A DNA stretch of 39,853 bases from Hydrogenophaga sp. (GTDB lineage Bacteria > Pseudomonadota > Gammaproteobacteria > Burkholderiales > Burkholderiaceae_C). The translations under genes were made by a program, and so were the position numbers. Where the stretch lies: NCBI GenBank assembly GCA_025458415.1, contig JALOSN010000001.1, forward strand, positions 1-39,853. Reading direction: 5' to 3'. The notes under the pieces were generated by a model. The model was given only the letters and a program-made list of their open reading frames with translations, did not search any database and was not told the origin of the DNA. Positions 37,394 to 39,853 of the stretch are shown piece by piece (position 1 is the first letter of the stretch; every line of letters starts with the position of its first letter).

Positions 37394-38698
37394 ATGGAAC
37401 ACCCTTCGTATGCCCTCGCCCGCGCCGTGCTGGCCTTTGCCGGTCTGCTGGCCGCACTCACTCCCGCCAACGCCGCCCCTGAACCCCTAAGCCTGCACGC
37501 AGCGGTGCAGGCGGCACTGGCACACTCGCGCAGCCTGGACGCCGCCACCGCCGCCGCACAGGGCGCGCGCGACATGGCCGTGGCCGCCGCACAGCGCCCC
37601 GACCCGGTGCTGCGCCTGGCGCTGGAAGACCTGCCGGTGGATGGCACGGACCGCTTCCGCCCATCGGCCACCATGCGCTCCATCGCGCTCATGCAGACCC
37701 TGCCGGGCGCAGACAAACGCCTGGCCCGCGGCGCACGCTACGAGCGAGAGGCTGAAGCCGCCCTGAGCCAACGCGCAGAACGCGCGGCCCTGCTGCAGGC
37801 AGAGGCTGCCCAGGCCTGGCTGGAGCGCCACCTGCAGGAGCAGCGGCAGCAGGTGCTGAAGGCACAGATCGCCGAAGCGCAGGTGCTGGTGCAGAGCCTG
37901 GAGGGCACGGTGCGCGGCGGAACCACCGCCCCGGCCGATGCGCTGATGGCGCGCGAAGCCCTGCTGCAGCTGGAGCAAGGTCTCATGGCGGCCCGGGCCG
38001 AACAAGCCAATGCACGCCTCACGCTGGCGCGCTACACCGGTACACCGCCCGACCAGCCGCTGGGCGAGCCGCCTGCCTACCAGCGCCTGCAGAACCCTGC
38101 ATGGGCAAGCCATTCGCTGTCCAACGCCAACGCCCTGCCCGCCTTGCCAGACCTGATCGCCCTGCAGGCCCGCGAAGCCGTGGCCCGGGCCGACGCCGAC
38201 CTGGCCCAGCAGGAGCTCACCCCCGACTGGAGCGCCGAACTCATGTTCACCCAGCGCAGCGCACCGTCGGCCAACACGGTGTCCATCGGCGTGTCGGTGC
38301 CGCTGCAGTGGAACCGGCCACAGCGCCAGCAGCGCGAACTGGCCGCCAGGCTGGCCCGCGTGGCCGAACTGGAAGCCGAGCGCGAAGAACAGACCCGCGA
38401 ACGGTTGCTTCAAGTGCAGCGCTGGCAACAGGACTGGCGCGCCGGGCTGGAGCGGCTTGCACATCTGGATGCCCGCCGTCAGCCGCTGGCCGAGCAGCGC
38501 ATAACCGTGGCCCTGGCCGCCTACCGGGGCGGGCGCGAGCCGCTGGGCTCGGTGCTGCAGGCCCGGCGCGATGCGCTGTCGCTCGCGCTGGAGCGGCTGG
38601 CGCTGGAACGCGAAACGGCCGGTCTGTGGGCGCGGCTCGAATTCCTCACTCCCATCGCCCCCAATGTCCCCAATGCCCAGGCAGGAGCACGACCATGA
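37394..38698 (+). CDS. TolC/CusC-like outer-membrane efflux protein
   Basis: Signal peptide, helical OEP repeats, PDP.L...L..LP, PDWS.EL, VSIGVSVPLQW, ALAAYRGG. Confidence 0.88.
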   Translation: MEHPSYALARAVLAFAGLLAALTPANAAPEPLSLHAAVQAALAHSRSLDAATAAAQGARDMAVAAAQRPDPVLRLALEDLPVDGTDRFRPSATMRSIALMQTLPGADKRLARGARYEREAEAALSQRAERAALLQAEAAQAWLERHLQEQRQQVLKAQIAEAQVLVQSLEGTVRGGTTAPADALMAREALLQLEQGLMAARAEQANARLTLARYTGTPPDQPLGEPPAYQRLQNPAWASHSLSNANALPALPDLIALQAREAVARADADLAQQELTPDWSAELMFTQRSAPSANTVSIGVSVPLQWNRPQRQQRELAARLARVAELEAEREEQTRERLLQVQRWQQDWRAGLERLAHLDARRQPLAEQRITVALAAYRGGREPLGSVLQARRDALSLALERLALERETAGLWARLEFLTPIAPNVPNAQAGARP

Positions 38699-39853
38699 AA
38701 TCCCGAACCGTATTCGTCTCCCTCGGGGCGCTCGCCATCGTGGCCGCAGTGGGCTTTGGCGCGTGGTGGCTGGGCATGCAGCAGGGCATGGGGCACGCCA
38801 TGCCCACCGCTGCGCCTCAGAGTGCAACCGCAGGCACCACCAATGACGACCCTTCGCAATGGACCATTCCACAGGGCGAGGCGGCCACGCGCCGCCACAT
38901 TCAGGACGGGCTCAAGGCCGGCGACCTCGACCCCGCCACCGGCCTGCGCATCCTGAACTACCACGACCCCATGGTGCCTGGTGCCAGAGGCAACGCGGCT
39001 GACGCCAGCAGCGTCACGGTGAGCCCACGCATTCAGCAGAACCTGGGCCTGCGCACTGCACCAGTGGTGGAAGGCACGCTGATCAACAAAGTCACCGCTG
39101 TGGGCAACGTGGCCTGGAACGAACACCAGCAGACGGTGGTGAGCGCGCGCGCCATGGGTTTCGTGGAGAAGCTGCACGTGCGCGCGGTGCTGGACCGGGT
39201 GGCTGCAGGTTCCCCCCTGGCCGACCTTTACGTGCCCGACTGGGTGGCTGCGCAGGAAGAGTACCTGGCCATCAAACGCCTGAACGGTCCCGGCAGCGGG
39301 GAGTTGCAGGACGCAGCGCTGCAGCGCATGCGCCAGGCCGGCATGCCGGCCGCCCACATCGAGCGCGTGGTGGCCACAGGAACCGTACAACAGCGCTACA
39401 CCGTGACCGCGCCCAGCAGCGGCGTGGTCAGCGAACTGGCGGTGCGCGAAGGCGCCACCGTCATGCCCGGTGCAATGCTGATGCGCTTGCAAGGCACCGG
39501 CACCGTGTGGGCCGAAGGCGCGGTGGCTGAAAGCCAGGTCGCGCTGCTGTTACCCGGTACCCGGGTACAGACCACGAGCCCTGGCGCGCCAGGGCAGACC
39601 TTTGAAGGTCGGGTGCAGAGCCTGCTGCCCGAGGTGGACGCGGTGACCCGCACTGTGCGGGCCCGGGTGGAGCTGGCCAACCCGGCCGGCCGGCTGGTGC
39701 CCGGCATGCAGGTGAGCATGCGGCTGGCGCAAGCGGCCGGTGCGGCGGCGCTGCTGGTGCCCAGCGACGCCGTCATCCGCACCGGGCGGCGCAGCGTGGT
39801 GATGGTGGCCGAAGACGAAGGGCGTTTCCGTCCGGTGGAAGTGACCACCGGGC
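38695..39853 (+). CDS. cusB: CusB-like heavy-metal RND periplasmic adaptor (runs off the window end)
   Basis: Not in the ORF track (no stop); translated from ATG 38695: N-terminal TM, YHDPMVPG, QQNLGLR, GFVEKL, PDWVAAQEEYL, APSSGVV.EL.VREG, TRTVRARVEL.NP.GRL.PGM. Confidence 0.88.
   Translation, partial: MKSRTVFVSLGALAIVAAVGFGAWWLGMQQGMGHAMPTAAPQSATAGTTNDDPSQWTIPQGEAATRRHIQDGLKAGDLDPATGLRILNYHDPMVPGARGNAADASSVTVSPRIQQNLGLRTAPVVEGTLINKVTAVGNVAWNEHQQTVVSARAMGFVEKLHVRAVLDRVAAGSPLADLYVPDWVAAQEEYLAIKRLNGPGSGELQDAALQRMRQAGMPAAHIERVVATGTVQQRYTVTAPSSGVVSELAVREGATVMPGAMLMRLQGTGTVWAEGAVAESQVALLLPGTRVQTTSPGAPGQTFEGRVQSLLPEVDAVTRTVRARVELANPAGRLVPGMQVSMRLAQAAGAAALLVPSDAVIRTGRRSVVMVAEDEGRFRPVEVTTG

Overview
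High-GC betaproteobacterial DNA (Comamonadaceae-like, by inference from protein style) that reads as a mosaic metal/metalloid and redox-stress accessory region; no integrase, transposase, intact tRNA, rRNA or CRISPR array is visible. Left to right: a TetR-MATE-PaaI module with two matching operators; a nickel module (nreA-nreB divergent from a His-rich RPP-ending leader ORF, HupE/UreJ and a membrane-anchored protein); sco-ynfA; an ECF sigma/zf-HC2 pair plus a decayed sigma paralogue; a bufferin-type MNIO (DUF692) RiPP cluster followed by a permuted NlpC/P60 gene; a mer operon whose merA looks like a merF::merA deletion fusion; a ~13 kb convergent cluster with an oxidoreductase-SelD fusion, DedA-flavoprotein fusion, tandem-DEP protein, TIGR04283/TIGR04282-type transferases, MTAP-like phosphorylase, an atypical metallophosphoesterase, a PhnCDE-like ABC transporter and an ArsS-type radical SAM enzyme, with no arsM in the window; sigF-nrsF; DUF547, AhpD/CMD, thioredoxin and AraC genes; a HAD; and the start of a Cus-like RND system with its own RPP leader. 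The strongest candidate for an undescribed system is the SelD + ArsS-type cluster (a possible seleno- or arseno-nucleoside/sugar pathway). It is tied to the bufferin cluster and sigF by a TGTAAC-N16/17-CGAC ECF promoter motif found eight times. All family calls come from recognising motifs by eye, not from database searches.
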